This document shows positions 1 to 10,406 of a stretch of DNA of 64,000 nucleotides, one piece after another (position 1 is the first letter of the stretch; the number at the start of each line of letters is the position of its first letter). Source of the DNA: Phycisphaerae bacterium (GTDB lineage Bacteria; Planctomycetota; Phycisphaerae; UBA1845; Fen-1342). The notes beneath the pieces were generated by a model. It was not told the DNA's origin, made no database searches, and saw only the letters and a program-made list of their open reading frames with translations. The DNA lies in assembly GCA_050115495.1 (NCBI GenBank), contig JASFQK010000006.1, forward strand, positions 1 to 64,000, in the 5' to 3' direction. Made by a program: the position numbers and the translations under genes.

Positions 1-196
1 ATCGCAGACGTGCGTGGCTTCGCTTCCATGCCCTGCTCCCTCACTGATGACCTTCCTTGCCCCTCGCACCTACTCTACCCTGGCCGTCAACGATTATTTC
101 ACAAGCTCAGACGCCCGCCCCACCCAGGATTGGGGATTGTCTCACAAGCTCAGGCGTCCGTTCCACTCATGTTGGAGGACCCACTTCGACGTTCCA

Positions 197-1459
197 CTAC
201 TCTCCCCCGCCGCCGACTTCGAGACAGATCATCGTGGTCATGTCGCGCAACACGAGCTTGCCATCCGACAGCGCCATCGGTCCCCACACATCATGCCCGC
301 TGAGCACCCGGGCCTGCGCCAGTTCGCGATATTCCTGGACGTTGGCCTCGACCAGCCGCAGAACGCCGGTATCTCCGTCCAGAATGTAGAACATCCCATC
401 GGCCAGAATGAAGTTGCCGAGGCCGAAGGTCGCCTTTCCCCGGCTCGTCCAGACGATGTTGCCGTCGAAGTCCATGCAGGTCAGCAGGCCGCGTTTGTCC
501 TTCCCGACGGCGAACATGTGCTTGTCGAAGATGATCGGCGTGTGCACCTCCGAGTTCCACTGGTTTTCCGTCCAGTCGAACACGGCCTCGGTGCTGAACG
601 CACCGTCCTGGTTCTTCACGCGCACCATCACGCTGCCGGCGTCGTACGGACCGGTCATGAAGACGCGGTCGCCGTCGATGGCCAGCGGCGACGGCGAAAC
701 GGCCACGTTGAACTTGCGCGGATGGAACCACAGCAGCCGGCCGTCGTCCGCCGCCACGCCGACCGGACCGAACAACGTGCACCACAAATACTGCTTCACG
801 CCGCCGATCTCCGCCGGCATGACGGAGGCATGCGACAGGGGCCACTTCTCCGGGTTCGGCGTGCGCCAGATCTCCTCGCCGGTGTCCTTCTTCAGAGCCA
901 CCATCAGGGCGCCCGGCCCGCCGGGGGCGATAATGAGGCGATCCTCTTCGAGCAGCGGGCACTGGCCGTTGTACCAGGGCGGGATCTGTGCCTCGTACGC
1001 CTTGACGAGCGACTTGTGCCACACCTCCTCGCCCGTGTCCGCTTTCAGACAGTGCAGGTCGCACTTGGGATCGAGAGCGAAGACGTACTGGCCGTCGACG
1101 GCGGGCACGCTGCGTGTGATGCCGTGATTCGGCCGAATGCGGCGGGACACCTTGAACCGCCACAGCTCCTTGCCGTCGGCGAGCCCAACGCAGCGAACGA
1201 GCCACTCGTTGGCCTCGCGGTCGTAGTCGTTGAAGTAAACGCGGCCGGCGCAGATCGCCGCCGCCGAATAGCCCTCGCAAACCGAGACGGACCATAGCTT
1301 GCGGGGTCCGTCGGCCGGCCACGTGCGCAGCAGACCCGTCTCACGGGAAATACCGTCGCGGTTGGGCCCGCGGAACTGCGGCCAGTCATCGGCGACGGCG
1401 ACGCTCGCCGCCAGCCAACCGGCCAGAGCCACGAACCATGTTCCTCGGCGTATGCGCAT
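197..1459 (-). CDS. Secreted PQQ-like/BamB-type beta-propeller repeat protein
   Basis: Signal peptide then ADDWPQFRGPNRDG and repeated G-xx-W blades (DGKELW, TGEEVW, TGEEIW); start reassigned to the ATG at 1459 after an AGGAG RBS. Confidence 0.85.
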   Translation of the reverse strand: MRIRRGTWFVALAGWLAASVAVADDWPQFRGPNRDGISRETGLLRTWPADGPRKLWSVSVCEGYSAAAICAGRVYFNDYDREANEWLVRCVGLADGKELWRFKVSRRIRPNHGITRSVPAVDGQYVFALDPKCDLHCLKADTGEEVWHKSLVKAYEAQIPPWYNGQCPLLEEDRLIIAPGGPGALMVALKKDTGEEIWRTPNPEKWPLSHASVMPAEIGGVKQYLWCTLFGPVGVAADDGRLLWFHPRKFNVAVSPSPLAIDGDRVFMTGPYDAGSVMVRVKNQDGAFSTEAVFDWTENQWNSEVHTPIIFDKHMFAVGKDKRGLLTCMDFDGNIVWTSRGKATFGLGNFILADGMFYILDGDTGVLRLVEANVQEYRELAQARVLSGHDVWGPMALSDGKLVLRDMTTMICLEVGGGGE

Positions 1460-1553
1460 ATACCACTCCTGCCAGGGCGTCGCTCCACACACTCTTATCC
1501 GCATTCTACAGCGCTGCGCGCACACCGCTGCGCTTGCGCTGCCGCCGGCAGCG

Positions 1554-3782
1554 TCAGTGCGTGAGGGCGTAGAGCACGATATTCGTCGCCAGCCGCCGGG
1601 CGTCCTCGGCGGCCAGCCCCCAACAACCCGCGAATTCCTTTCCCTCGAGGCCGCAGCCCAGGGCAAACGGGCTGTACACAACCGCCAGCCGCCCGTCGAT
1701 CTCGATCCCCCACAACTCCGGTCGATTCAAGTCCGGGTGCTTCTCGCGGATGTCGGGGCCGTAGCGCACGGTGCGGACGTCGAAGCCGGGCGACCCCTGG
1801 TAGATCGGATGGTCAGCCGGCAGCCGCCGAAACGCCGACCCCGGAAATGCCTCGCGCATCAGCTTACGCACCGCCGTGTCGAACGGCTCCGGCCCGCAGC
1901 AGTTGTCGACGAGCAGGAAGCCGCCGCGGCGAAGGTGAGCGACGAGGGCGGCCTGCTCTTCGGGGCTGAGCTCCAGGCCGTAATGGCCGGCCATGTACAG
2001 GAAGGGGCAGGTGTACAGCTCGCTGTCGGTAAGGCGCAGCGCGTGGTACTGCGTGATCACGTCGAGCCCCGCCTCGCGTCGGGCAAAATCCGCCAGGTGC
2101 ACGAGCGCCTGTGGGAACGGCCGCCAATCTCCGTCATACACCACCTGGCCGAAGCGGAGGGCGTCACGGCTCGGCGGGCCGGCAGCCATCTCCTGCGCCT
2201 CGGGCAAAACGACCGCGTCCAGCCGATCGACCAGCGGCCGCCGACCGGTCGCGTACGCGGCGATGTTCGTGCCCAGTTGCAGGGCCAGTTCGCTGCGCGG
2301 CGGCACGTCGCCACTCTGCCACAGGTACGACAGGTCCTTCGGGGCGAACAAGATGCTCGTGCGGCAGCCGATATCCACGCCGAGCAGGTCGGAGGTCGGG
2401 CAATCAAAGATGACGTGATAGACCGCATGATCCTCGCCGAGCTCGCGCAGCGGCGTCTCCGGGAACGTCGCCGCCAAAAACGCCTCGAACCCGTCGCGGA
2501 ACTCCTTCCGCCCGCAGCACGCGCCGACGAAGAGCGTGCCGCCCTGCTCGACGAAGGCTCGCACCTTCGCTTGCTGGGCGGCATTCCATTCGGGGAACGT
2601 GCGGCCGTGGATGTAGAGAAGCGGAGCGGCCAGCCAATCTTCGAGCGGGGCGTCGAAGGGCACGGCCTGCCAGGTGACCGGCTCGCCGAGCTTGTCGCCG
2701 ATGAACGAGATCAAGTGATCCACGCCGCGCGGATCAGGGTTCCACTCGTCATCATCCGACCATTGGAGTTTCTGGAGGAGCAGGGCCTTGTGCCCCTTGG
2801 CGAGGAACAACAGGGCGAAGCAGGTCTCGACGAGGTCGTCGCCCCAGCTCCCGTTGGGCAACTGCTTGCCGACCAAGTACGCGGCCCCTTCGCGATACCA
2901 ATCGTGCCTGCCGAACCGGCCCTGCCCCGAGAGCATGCCGCAGCGCTCGGCGGCGTAGAGCCAATAGTGGATGTGGGACGTGCCGAGACCGGGGTGTCGG
3001 CGGGCGGTGAAGTGCCGGGCGAGCCAGATGAGGCCCTCGGCGATCGGCCGGTTGATCTGGGTCCGGCCGCAGGCGGGATCTTCACCTTTGCGAACCTTGA
3101 GCTCGCGACCGCCGACCAACCGGCTGCCGACGATGATGAGGTCGGACACGCCGGCGGCGGTCATACTGCCGCGGCTGTCCATGCCCTGGCGATAGCCCCA
3201 GCCGCCGTCCTCGTTCTGGGCGGCAAGGAGGGCCTCATGGGCCTTCCTCCACACGGACGCCGGTATGGGCATACCCACCTGCGCCGCCGCGTGCAAACCA
3301 AGCAGAGCGAACTGCGTGTTCGAGTGGTCGACGGGCTCTTGGTGCGGCGTATAGCTCCAGAGCCCGGACGAATTCTGGGCGTCGGCAAGCCACAGGGCCG
3401 CCTCGCGGATCTCGCGGCGATAGGCCTCAGGATCCGCCTGGGCCAACACCATGATCTTCAGCGAGACAACGTAAACGTGCTGGTTCTGCTGATCGCGGAC
3501 GTGTGGCAGGGCCGCCAGCACATGAGGCGAATCAGGCGGCTCGCCGGCGTAGAGGAGCGCGAGCGTGGCCAGCGCGGTCTCGCCGCCGGGCAGGTGCCGT
3601 TCCGGCCACCGGCCGTCCTCGCCCTGCCAGCTTCGCAAAACCTTCATCCCCCGGCGGACGGCGTCGCGAACCTGGGCGCCGGTGACGTCCGCCGTCGCGA
3701 CGACGGGTCCCCCCAGCAGCACCATCAGCGCCAGCAGCAGGGCGCGGCGCCGATCTCGTCGATCCGCAAACCGTCTCGCCAT
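1554..3782 (-). CDS. DUF4159 domain protein with prenyltransferase/squalene-cyclase-like repeats
   Basis: QW-type repeats (QNSSGLWSY, QNEDGGWGY, QLPNGSW) followed by two DUF4159-like domains (GGTLFVGACCG, GGFLLVDNCCG). Confidence 0.8.
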   Translation of the reverse strand: MARRFADRRDRRRALLLALMVLLGGPVVATADVTGAQVRDAVRRGMKVLRSWQGEDGRWPERHLPGGETALATLALLYAGEPPDSPHVLAALPHVRDQQNQHVYVVSLKIMVLAQADPEAYRREIREAALWLADAQNSSGLWSYTPHQEPVDHSNTQFALLGLHAAAQVGMPIPASVWRKAHEALLAAQNEDGGWGYRQGMDSRGSMTAAGVSDLIIVGSRLVGGRELKVRKGEDPACGRTQINRPIAEGLIWLARHFTARRHPGLGTSHIHYWLYAAERCGMLSGQGRFGRHDWYREGAAYLVGKQLPNGSWGDDLVETCFALLFLAKGHKALLLQKLQWSDDDEWNPDPRGVDHLISFIGDKLGEPVTWQAVPFDAPLEDWLAAPLLYIHGRTFPEWNAAQQAKVRAFVEQGGTLFVGACCGRKEFRDGFEAFLAATFPETPLRELGEDHAVYHVIFDCPTSDLLGVDIGCRTSILFAPKDLSYLWQSGDVPPRSELALQLGTNIAAYATGRRPLVDRLDAVVLPEAQEMAAGPPSRDALRFGQVVYDGDWRPFPQALVHLADFARREAGLDVITQYHALRLTDSELYTCPFLYMAGHYGLELSPEEQAALVAHLRRGGFLLVDNCCGPEPFDTAVRKLMREAFPGSAFRRLPADHPIYQGSPGFDVRTVRYGPDIREKHPDLNRPELWGIEIDGRLAVVYSPFALGCGLEGKEFAGCWGLAAEDARRLATNIVLYALTH

Positions 3783-3862
3783 GATCGCGACAGTATAGCG
3801 GCGGCCGGCGGTGCAAGGCGCCGCTCGTCAGTGCCCCAGCCGCGCTGTATAGTGCGCGGAGT

Positions 3863-4780
3863 ATGGAAGCGACAAGTGCCCCCGGCGGGCCCTGGACGGT
3901 CAGCAGGCTGCTGACCTGGACCCGCGGCTACCTCCAGCGCCAGCAGGTCGATGCGCCGCGGTTGTGCGCCGAGCTCTTGCTCGCGCACGCCATGCAGTGC
4001 GAGCGCATCCACCTCTACACGCGCTTCGACACTGTGCCCGAAGAGGACGTGCTCGCGCGTTTTCGCGGCGCCGTACGCGAGGCGGGGGCCGGCCGGCCGA
4101 TCGCCCATCTCACCGGCCGCAAGGAGTTCTTCTCGCTGTCGTTCACGGTCGGGCCGGACGTGCTCATCCCACGACCGGAAACCGAAATCCTCGTCGAACG
4201 AACCATCGACCTCTCGCGGCGGGCGGAAGGCCAAGTGCGGCGTGTGCTGGATCTGGGCACCGGGAGCGGTTGCATCGCCATCGCCCTGGCCCGGCACCTG
4301 CCCGAGGCGACCGTCTGCGCCAGCGACGTGTCCAAGGCGGCCCTGGCGGTCGCTCGCGACAACGCCGACCGGCACCAGCTCGCCGAGCGAATCGAGTTCG
4401 CCGCCGGCGATCTGTTCGCCCCGTGGCAGGACGACAACGGGCCGCGCATCTTCGACGTGATCGTCTGCAACCCGCCCTACATCGCGACGACGCCGGATAC
4501 GCCGGTGGACGAGGCCGTCCGGCGTTACGAGCCAGCGGTGGCCCTGTTCGCGGGGAAGGATGGGCTGGACGTGATTCGCCGCCTCGTGGCGGCCGCCCCT
4601 GCGCATCTCGCGCCCGAGGGGCATCTGTTGCTGGAAATCGCCTTCGACCAAGCGGAACGGGTTCGAGAGCTGCTGTCCGCGGGGGACTGGCAGGATGTGA
4701 CCGCGTACCGCGACGGGCTGGGGCATGAGCGCGTCGTTCACGCCCGGCGCCGCCGCGCCGAAAACACCCAGGTAGCCTGA
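3863..4780 (+). CDS. prmC: Release factor glutamine methyltransferase
   Basis: VLIPRPETE, LDLGTGSGCIA and NPPY motifs. Confidence 0.95.
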   Translation: MEATSAPGGPWTVSRLLTWTRGYLQRQQVDAPRLCAELLLAHAMQCERIHLYTRFDTVPEEDVLARFRGAVREAGAGRPIAHLTGRKEFFSLSFTVGPDVLIPRPETEILVERTIDLSRRAEGQVRRVLDLGTGSGCIAIALARHLPEATVCASDVSKAALAVARDNADRHQLAERIEFAAGDLFAPWQDDNGPRIFDVIVCNPPYIATTPDTPVDEAVRRYEPAVALFAGKDGLDVIRRLVAAAPAHLAPEGHLLLEIAFDQAERVRELLSAGDWQDVTAYRDGLGHERVVHARRRRAENTQVA

Positions 4781-4790
4781 GGGTACTGCG

Positions 4791-6071
4791 TTGAGTCTAC
4801 CGTGTTTCGAGATCACCGGCGGGAACCGGCTGCGGGGGAATGTGCGCCTGAGCGGGGCCAAGAATGCGGCGTTGCCGATCATGGCGGCGTCGATCCTGTG
4901 CGAGGGTGAGATCGTCCTGCACGGCGTGCCGCGGGTCAGCGACGTCCACTTCCTGCTCGAACTGCTGCGCAGCCTGGGCGTGGAAGGCGAATGGCGTGGC
5001 GACGGCTCGCTGCGCCTGATTTCCCACGACGAGATGAACTGCCACGCCGAGTACAACATCGTCCGCAAGATGCGGGCGTCGATCTGCGTGCTCGGGCCGC
5101 TGCTGGCCAAGCGGCAGCGGGCACGCGTCGCCCTGCCCGGCGGCTGCGCCATCGGCGACCGCCCGGTCAACCTGCACCTGCGGGCCATTCGTAACCTCGG
5201 GGCCGACGTCGAGCTCGTCGGCGGCGACATCGTCGCCAAGGCCAAGCGCCTGCGCGGCACGGAGATGTTCCTCGGCGGACCGTTCGGCTCGACCGTGCTG
5301 GGCACGGCGAACGCGCTCATGGCCGCGACGCTGGCCGAAGGGACGACCGTGATCGAGATGGCGGCCTGCGAGCCGGAAGTCGTCGATCTGGCCGATTTCT
5401 TGAACAAGTGCGGGGCGGTCATCAGCGGGCAGGGTACGCCACGCGTCACCGTCGAGGGCGTCAAACGGCTCACCGGCTGCGAGCACCGCATCATTCCCGA
5501 CCGTATCGAGGCGGGGACGTTCATGGTCGCCGCGGCCCTCACCAATGGCGAGCTGACGCTGGAAAACTGCCGGCTCGACCACCTGATGGCCTTCATCGAC
5601 CGGCTGGCCGCGGTCGGTGTCACCGTCGAGAAAACCAACGGCGGCGTCACCGTCTCTTCGGCCCGGCGGCTCGAACCTATCGAGGTCACCACGCAGCCTT
5701 TCCCCGGCTTCCCCACCGACCTCCAGGCCCAGCTCATGGCCCTGCTCTGCCTCGCCGACGGCAACAGCATCATCACAGAGAAGATCTTCCCCGACCGCTT
5801 CCTGCACGTGGCCGAGCTGAGCCGCATGGGTGCCAATCTGCACAAGGAGGGCCCCACCGTAATCGTGCAGGGTGTCCGGCGACTGATCGGGGCGCCGGTG
5901 ATGGCCTCGGACCTGCGGGCGTCGGCAGCGCTGGTGCTGGCCGGCCTGGCCGCCCGCGGCACGACGCGCGTCAACCGCGTTTACCACCTCGAACGCGGCT
6001 ACGAGCGGCTGGACGAGAAGCTGCGTGCCGTGGGCGCCTCGATCGAGCGCAAGGAAAGCGAGGAAACCTAG
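4791..6071 (+). CDS. murA: UDP-N-acetylglucosamine 1-carboxyvinyltransferase
   Basis: GAKNAALP, LPGGCAIGDRP, PGFPTDLQ and DLRA motifs; TTG start. Confidence 0.97.
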   Translation: MSLPCFEITGGNRLRGNVRLSGAKNAALPIMAASILCEGEIVLHGVPRVSDVHFLLELLRSLGVEGEWRGDGSLRLISHDEMNCHAEYNIVRKMRASICVLGPLLAKRQRARVALPGGCAIGDRPVNLHLRAIRNLGADVELVGGDIVAKAKRLRGTEMFLGGPFGSTVLGTANALMAATLAEGTTVIEMAACEPEVVDLADFLNKCGAVISGQGTPRVTVEGVKRLTGCEHRIIPDRIEAGTFMVAAALTNGELTLENCRLDHLMAFIDRLAAVGVTVEKTNGGVTVSSARRLEPIEVTTQPFPGFPTDLQAQLMALLCLADGNSIITEKIFPDRFLHVAELSRMGANLHKEGPTVIVQGVRRLIGAPVMASDLRASAALVLAGLAARGTTRVNRVYHLERGYERLDEKLRAVGASIERKESEET

Positions 6072-6083
6072 CCCCCCTCCCAT

Positions 6084-6155
6084 CCGAGCCCCGAGCGGCA
6101 GCGAGCGGATCCGTATCCGTCGCGCTGTGTGCCACTGGTGGCTTGCCCACCAGTG
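6084..6155. repeat. REP-like palindromic elements downstream of murA
   Basis: ccgagccccgagcggcagcgagcgg (6084-6108) matches the reverse complement of 47149-47173 at 22/25; palindrome cactggtgg-cttgc-ccaccagtg at 6133-6155. Confidence 0.65.
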
Positions 6156-6528
6156 CAGTAGGAAATCAGCGATCCGTCCCGCGCAGGACGCCGCCCGGCC
6201 GTAACCGTTTAACCTCGGTCACCAGCCGGGCGGCAACCAAACCACGCCTCACGCTATTACTGCTATCGACCGACGGCTACCGGGGTGATTGCTAAAACTG
6301 CCGCATATGAACGCGAAATTGCGATGGTGCACGGGGAGAGTGTGACAAGTGCCGGCTGCGGTCGGAGGAGGAGGAAGGGACGGAGTCACCGACCGCGGCC
6401 GGCGTGAGCAGCTCGCAATAAAGCCACCACCAGAACAACCAGCCCATAATTGGCAATATTCCACCCGCTTCTGCCTGAACAATCTCCGACGGGAATCGCC
6501 GCAAACGTGCGCGCGCACGACGTCGTGG

Positions 6529-7098
6529 TCACGCGCCGGCGAACACCTCGTCGACGCGCTCGCACACATAGTGATATGCCAGGACGTGCCCTTCCTGAAT
6601 GCGGTCACTCGACGTGTGCGACACGCGGAGCGCGTGCGTGCACATCTGCGCCAGCTTGTCGCCGCCAGCGCCGGTGAAACCGATCACGACCGCCCCGCGC
6701 TCGTTCGCGACGCGCAGCGCTTCGAGGATGTTCGGCGAGTTGCCACTGGTGCTGAGCGCCCAGACGACGTCGCCCCGCTGCACGAGCCCCTCGACCTGCC
6801 GGGAGAAACACTGCTCGAAACTGAGATCGTTCGAGATTGCCGTCAACGCCGACGTGTCGGTCGTCAGCGCCACCGCGGGCAGCGCGGCCCGATTGCGCTT
6901 GAAACGGCCGATGAATTCGGCGGCGATGTGCTGGGCGTCGGCGGCGCTGCCACCATTGCCGAAGACGTAGATACGCCGGCCGCCGCGTAGGGCACCGACC
7001 AGGGCATCGATAATGCGCTCGATGACGTCGCCCTGCGTCGCCAGGTTGGCGATCACCTCACCGTGCTCGGCCAGTACGTTTGCCCATTGCCGTGACAT
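6529..7098 (-). CDS. gmhA: Phosphoheptose isomerase
   Basis: GNGGSAADAQHIAAE, STSGNSPN and RIQEGH motifs. Confidence 0.95.
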   Translation of the reverse strand: MSRQWANVLAEHGEVIANLATQGDVIERIIDALVGALRGGRRIYVFGNGGSAADAQHIAAEFIGRFKRNRAALPAVALTTDTSALTAISNDLSFEQCFSRQVEGLVQRGDVVWALSTSGNSPNILEALRVANERGAVVIGFTGAGGDKLAQMCTHALRVSHTSSDRIQEGHVLAYHYVCERVDEVFAGA

Positions 7099-7130
7099 AG
7101 GGTCTCGCTGGAAGTACCGACGGGCGGACG

Positions 7131-8621
7131 TCAGGCCCGCGCTCCGGCCAGGCGGATGCGCTCGAGCTCCGCGGTCGTGCTGTAACCCTCGACGAGGTCG
7201 ATCAGGGCGACGCGCCCGCCGCGACCTTCGACGAACTCACGGCCGACGACGTCTTTGCCGGCCCAGTCGGCGCCTTTGACCAGAACGTCCGGAGCGATCT
7301 GCTCGATCAGGCGGCCGGGATCGGGCTCGTCGAACAGGACGACGTAGTCGACGGCGCTGAGCGCGGCCAGCAAACGCGCTCGATCGGTCTGCGAACGGAG
7401 CGGCCGGTCGGGGCCCTTGCCCAGCGTGCGCACGGAGGCGTCGCTGTTGAGGCCGACAACGAGCAGGCTGCCAAGAGCCTTGGCCTTTTCGAGCAGCTCG
7501 ACGTGCCCGGTGTGCAAAATGTCGAAGCAGCCGTTGGTGAAGACGACGGTCTCGCCGCGGTGTCGCCGGGTGGTGAGCTCGGCACAGAGCTCGGTGGTCT
7601 CGCGCACCTTGCCGGGTCCGCGCTGTGCGCCTTCGCGGAGCTCGCGCAGTACCTCGGTCCGGGTGATCGGCACACAGCCGAACTTGCTGACTTCGAGCCC
7701 GCCGGCGATGTTGGCCAGGACGATGCTCTCGTCGAGCGTGGCGCCGGTAGCCGTGGCCACACCCATCATGGCCAGGACGGCGTCGCCGGCACCAGTGTTG
7801 TCGTACACGGCTCGCGGCGCCGTGGGGAAGCGCTGCCGGCGGCCGGAGCGCTCGACAAGCAACGCCCCGTCACGACCCAGCGTCACGGCCAGTGCGGCGA
7901 AGCCGAGGCGGGCGACCAGCTCGGCCGCGGCCGCTTCGAGCTCGTCGGCGGACAAACGCCGACCGACGGCCATTTCGAGCTCGGCCCAGTTCGGCGTGAG
8001 CAGCGTGGCCCCCTGGTACTTGTCCCACAGGCACGTCCGGGCCGGATCGATGAAAACCGGCTTGCGGTGCGTCGCGGCAATCCGAATGATGCCCTGGCAG
8101 ATCTCCGGCGACAGCACGCCCTTGGCGTAGTCTTCCAGACACACGACGTCGGCTTGCTCGATGGCGGATTCGACGGCCCCGAGCAGCGCCCGGCGATCGT
8201 CCTCGCCCGGAGCGCGGATCACCTCGTCGTCGACGCGCAAAATCTGCTGGCGGTGGCGGTGCTCGGCCAGGCCGACCATGCGGGTCTTGGTGATGGTGGG
8301 CCGGTCACCGACGCGCAGCAGGCCGCTGCAATCGGCGCCAGCCTCCGCCAGGAAGCGCTCGACGCGGTCGCCGAAGACGTCCTGGCCGAGCAGGCCGATG
8401 CAGCGAACCGCGCCGCCGAGGGCGAGGACGTTCAGGGCCACCGACCCGGCGCCGCCGACGCGGTCTTCGCGTTCGACGACGTGCAGGACGGGGACGGGGG
8501 CCTCGGGGCTGATGCGGTCGGCGTCACCGATGACGTAGCGGTCGAGCATGAAGTCGCCGGCCAGCAGGACGCGGGCCTGGTCGAACCGCTCGACAACCTG
8601 GGCGAGTGCCTTCATGCTCAC
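7131..8621 (-). CDS. hldE: Bifunctional heptose 7-phosphate kinase / heptose 1-phosphate adenylyltransferase
   Basis: RISPEAPVPV and TGAGD kinase motifs plus FTNGCFDILHTGH adenylyltransferase domain. Confidence 0.95.
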   Translation of the reverse strand: MSMKALAQVVERFDQARVLLAGDFMLDRYVIGDADRISPEAPVPVLHVVEREDRVGGAGSVALNVLALGGAVRCIGLLGQDVFGDRVERFLAEAGADCSGLLRVGDRPTITKTRMVGLAEHRHRQQILRVDDEVIRAPGEDDRRALLGAVESAIEQADVVCLEDYAKGVLSPEICQGIIRIAATHRKPVFIDPARTCLWDKYQGATLLTPNWAELEMAVGRRLSADELEAAAAELVARLGFAALAVTLGRDGALLVERSGRRQRFPTAPRAVYDNTGAGDAVLAMMGVATATGATLDESIVLANIAGGLEVSKFGCVPITRTEVLRELREGAQRGPGKVRETTELCAELTTRRHRGETVVFTNGCFDILHTGHVELLEKAKALGSLLVVGLNSDASVRTLGKGPDRPLRSQTDRARLLAALSAVDYVVLFDEPDPGRLIEQIAPDVLVKGADWAGKDVVGREFVEGRGGRVALIDLVEGYSTTAELERIRLAGARA

Positions 8622-9782
8622 CTACACGCACGTACAAACCTGGCGGGCCGCATCGGTCAGGTCGGCGGCCGGCCGCAGTTGCGGGATCTTCGCCGCGGTC
8701 AGCAGTTCGCGGGCCTTGTCCACATTCGTCCCTTCGAGCCGCACGACCACCGGCACCTGGAAGCCGACCTCGCGGGCCGCCTGAATCAGGGCCTCGGCGA
8801 TGACGTCGCACCGGGCGATGCCACCGAAGATGTTGACCAGGACGGCCTTGACCTTCTTATCGGCCAAAATGATGCGGAAAGCCTCGACCGCACCGTCAGG
8901 CGTGACGCTGCCGCCGACATCGAGGAAATTCGCCGGCTCGCCGCCGTGGAGCTTGATGATGTCCATGGTGGCCATGGCCAAGCCGGCCCCGTTGACCAGG
9001 CAGCCGATGTTGCCGTCGAGGGCGATGTACGTGAGACCGTGCTCGTTGGCCCGCAGCTCGGCGGGGTTCTCCTCGGCGGGGTCGAACATGGCGGCCACGT
9101 CGGGATGACGGTGCAAGGCGTTGTCGTCGAAGTTGAACTTGGCGTCGATGGCCAGGATCTCGCCCGCGGGCGTGGCGATCAGTGGGTTGATCTCGGCCAG
9201 GGAGCAGTCCTTGGCGAGGAAGAGGCGGCCGAGCTTGACCATGATGTCGGCTGCGGTGCGGGCCTGGGGCCCGGTCAGGCCGATCTCGCCGGCGAGCAGC
9301 TTGGCCTGGAACGGCTGCAGGCCGAGGTGCGGGTCGAACCAGACCTTCTTGATCGCCGCAGGATTGCGGGCGGCGACTTCCTCAATCTCGACGCCGCCTT
9401 CAGCGCTGGCCATCATCACCGGGGTCCGCCGGGCGCGGTCCACGACGACGCCGAGGTAGTACTCCTTGGCGATGTCGACGGCCGCCGCCAGGAGGATCTT
9501 CCGGACGCGGACGCCCTGGGGGCCGGTCTGCTTCGAGACCATCGGCTCGGCGAACATGCGCTTGGCATGGCTGGCAGCCTCGTCGGCCGAGGTCACCAGC
9601 TTGACGTAACCCGCTTTGCCGCGGCCGCCGGCGTGAACCTGGGCCTTCACGACGACCTGTTCGGCATTGAGCCGGGAATAGGCCTCAGCCGCCCAGTCGG
9701 GGGAGTCGATCACTTCCGACGCCGGCACCGGGATCCCCGCTTCCTGCATCAAGGCCCGTGCCTGGTATTCATGCACTTTCAT
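8622..9782 (-). CDS. sucC: Succinate--CoA ligase beta subunit
   Basis: MKVHEYQ, KAQVHAGGRGKAG, NGAGLAMATMD and NIFGGI motifs. Confidence 0.97.
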   Translation of the reverse strand: MKVHEYQARALMQEAGIPVPASEVIDSPDWAAEAYSRLNAEQVVVKAQVHAGGRGKAGYVKLVTSADEAASHAKRMFAEPMVSKQTGPQGVRVRKILLAAAVDIAKEYYLGVVVDRARRTPVMMASAEGGVEIEEVAARNPAAIKKVWFDPHLGLQPFQAKLLAGEIGLTGPQARTAADIMVKLGRLFLAKDCSLAEINPLIATPAGEILAIDAKFNFDDNALHRHPDVAAMFDPAEENPAELRANEHGLTYIALDGNIGCLVNGAGLAMATMDIIKLHGGEPANFLDVGGSVTPDGAVEAFRIILADKKVKAVLVNIFGGIARCDVIAEALIQAAREVGFQVPVVVRLEGTNVDKARELLTAAKIPQLRPAADLTDAARQVCTCV

Positions 9783-9987
9783 AGCGCCCGCTCCGCCATT
9801 CGTACTGGTCCGTCACCCGCCGCAGCCGCAGCAGGCAAACGGCGCAGTCTACCCCCCACCCAGCAGCCTGACCAGCGGGCGGCGACGTCGGGCGGGCGTG
9901 CCGTGCCGACAGAGTCGACGAGATCGCGCCGGCTTCTGACGCATAAGGCTCTGGGCGTAAGGCCGGAGGGCGCACGAACGATGTCCC

Positions 9988-10389
9988 TCAAACCTCACGC
10001 CTAAGCGACCGTTCGCGCAGACGAGCCGCGATCCATGACTTGTCGCGCCGTCGCTCGATCATCTCCAGCACGAGGTCGGCCAGCTCCGTGCCTTCGCCGA
10101 TCACGCGGTGGCCGTTGGCGGCCAGAAACAATAGGGCCGCGCCCAACGCCGTCCGCTTGTTGCCGTCCACGAACGGGTGATTGCCCGTCAGGTGAAACAC
10201 GTACGCCGCAGCCATCTCGAAGACGTCTCGGTGCAGCCACTCGCCGCCGAACTGGGCTTGCGGCTGGGCCAGTGCGGACTCCAACAGTCCCTCATCGCGT
10301 AGACCAGGATCGCCCCCATGCTCGGCGATCTGCTCATCGTGGATCTCCAGCACGGTGTGCCTGGCGAGAAACAGCGGTGGTCCGTTCAT
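9988..10389 (-). CDS. doc: Death-on-curing (Doc/Fic) family toxin
   Basis: Doc-type motif HPFVDGNKRT; GLRDEGLLESAL. Confidence 0.9.
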   Translation of the reverse strand: MNGPPLFLARHTVLEIHDEQIAEHGGDPGLRDEGLLESALAQPQAQFGGEWLHRDVFEMAAAYVFHLTGNHPFVDGNKRTALGAALLFLAANGHRVIGEGTELADLVLEMIERRRDKSWIAARLRERSLRREV

Positions 10390-10406
10390 GTGATCGGCCT
10401 CCGAGA

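Noticed and set aside
1299..3914. 871-aa plus-strand ORF and similar long antisense ORFs (3725-5974, 7503-10004, 24377-26902, 43332-44957, 50423-52027)
   Set aside because: Shadow ORFs opposite well-supported genes, as expected in high-GC DNA; no motifs
6292..6504. Small ORF containing MGWLFWWWLYC
   Set aside because: No RBS and a low-complexity tail; cannot be supported
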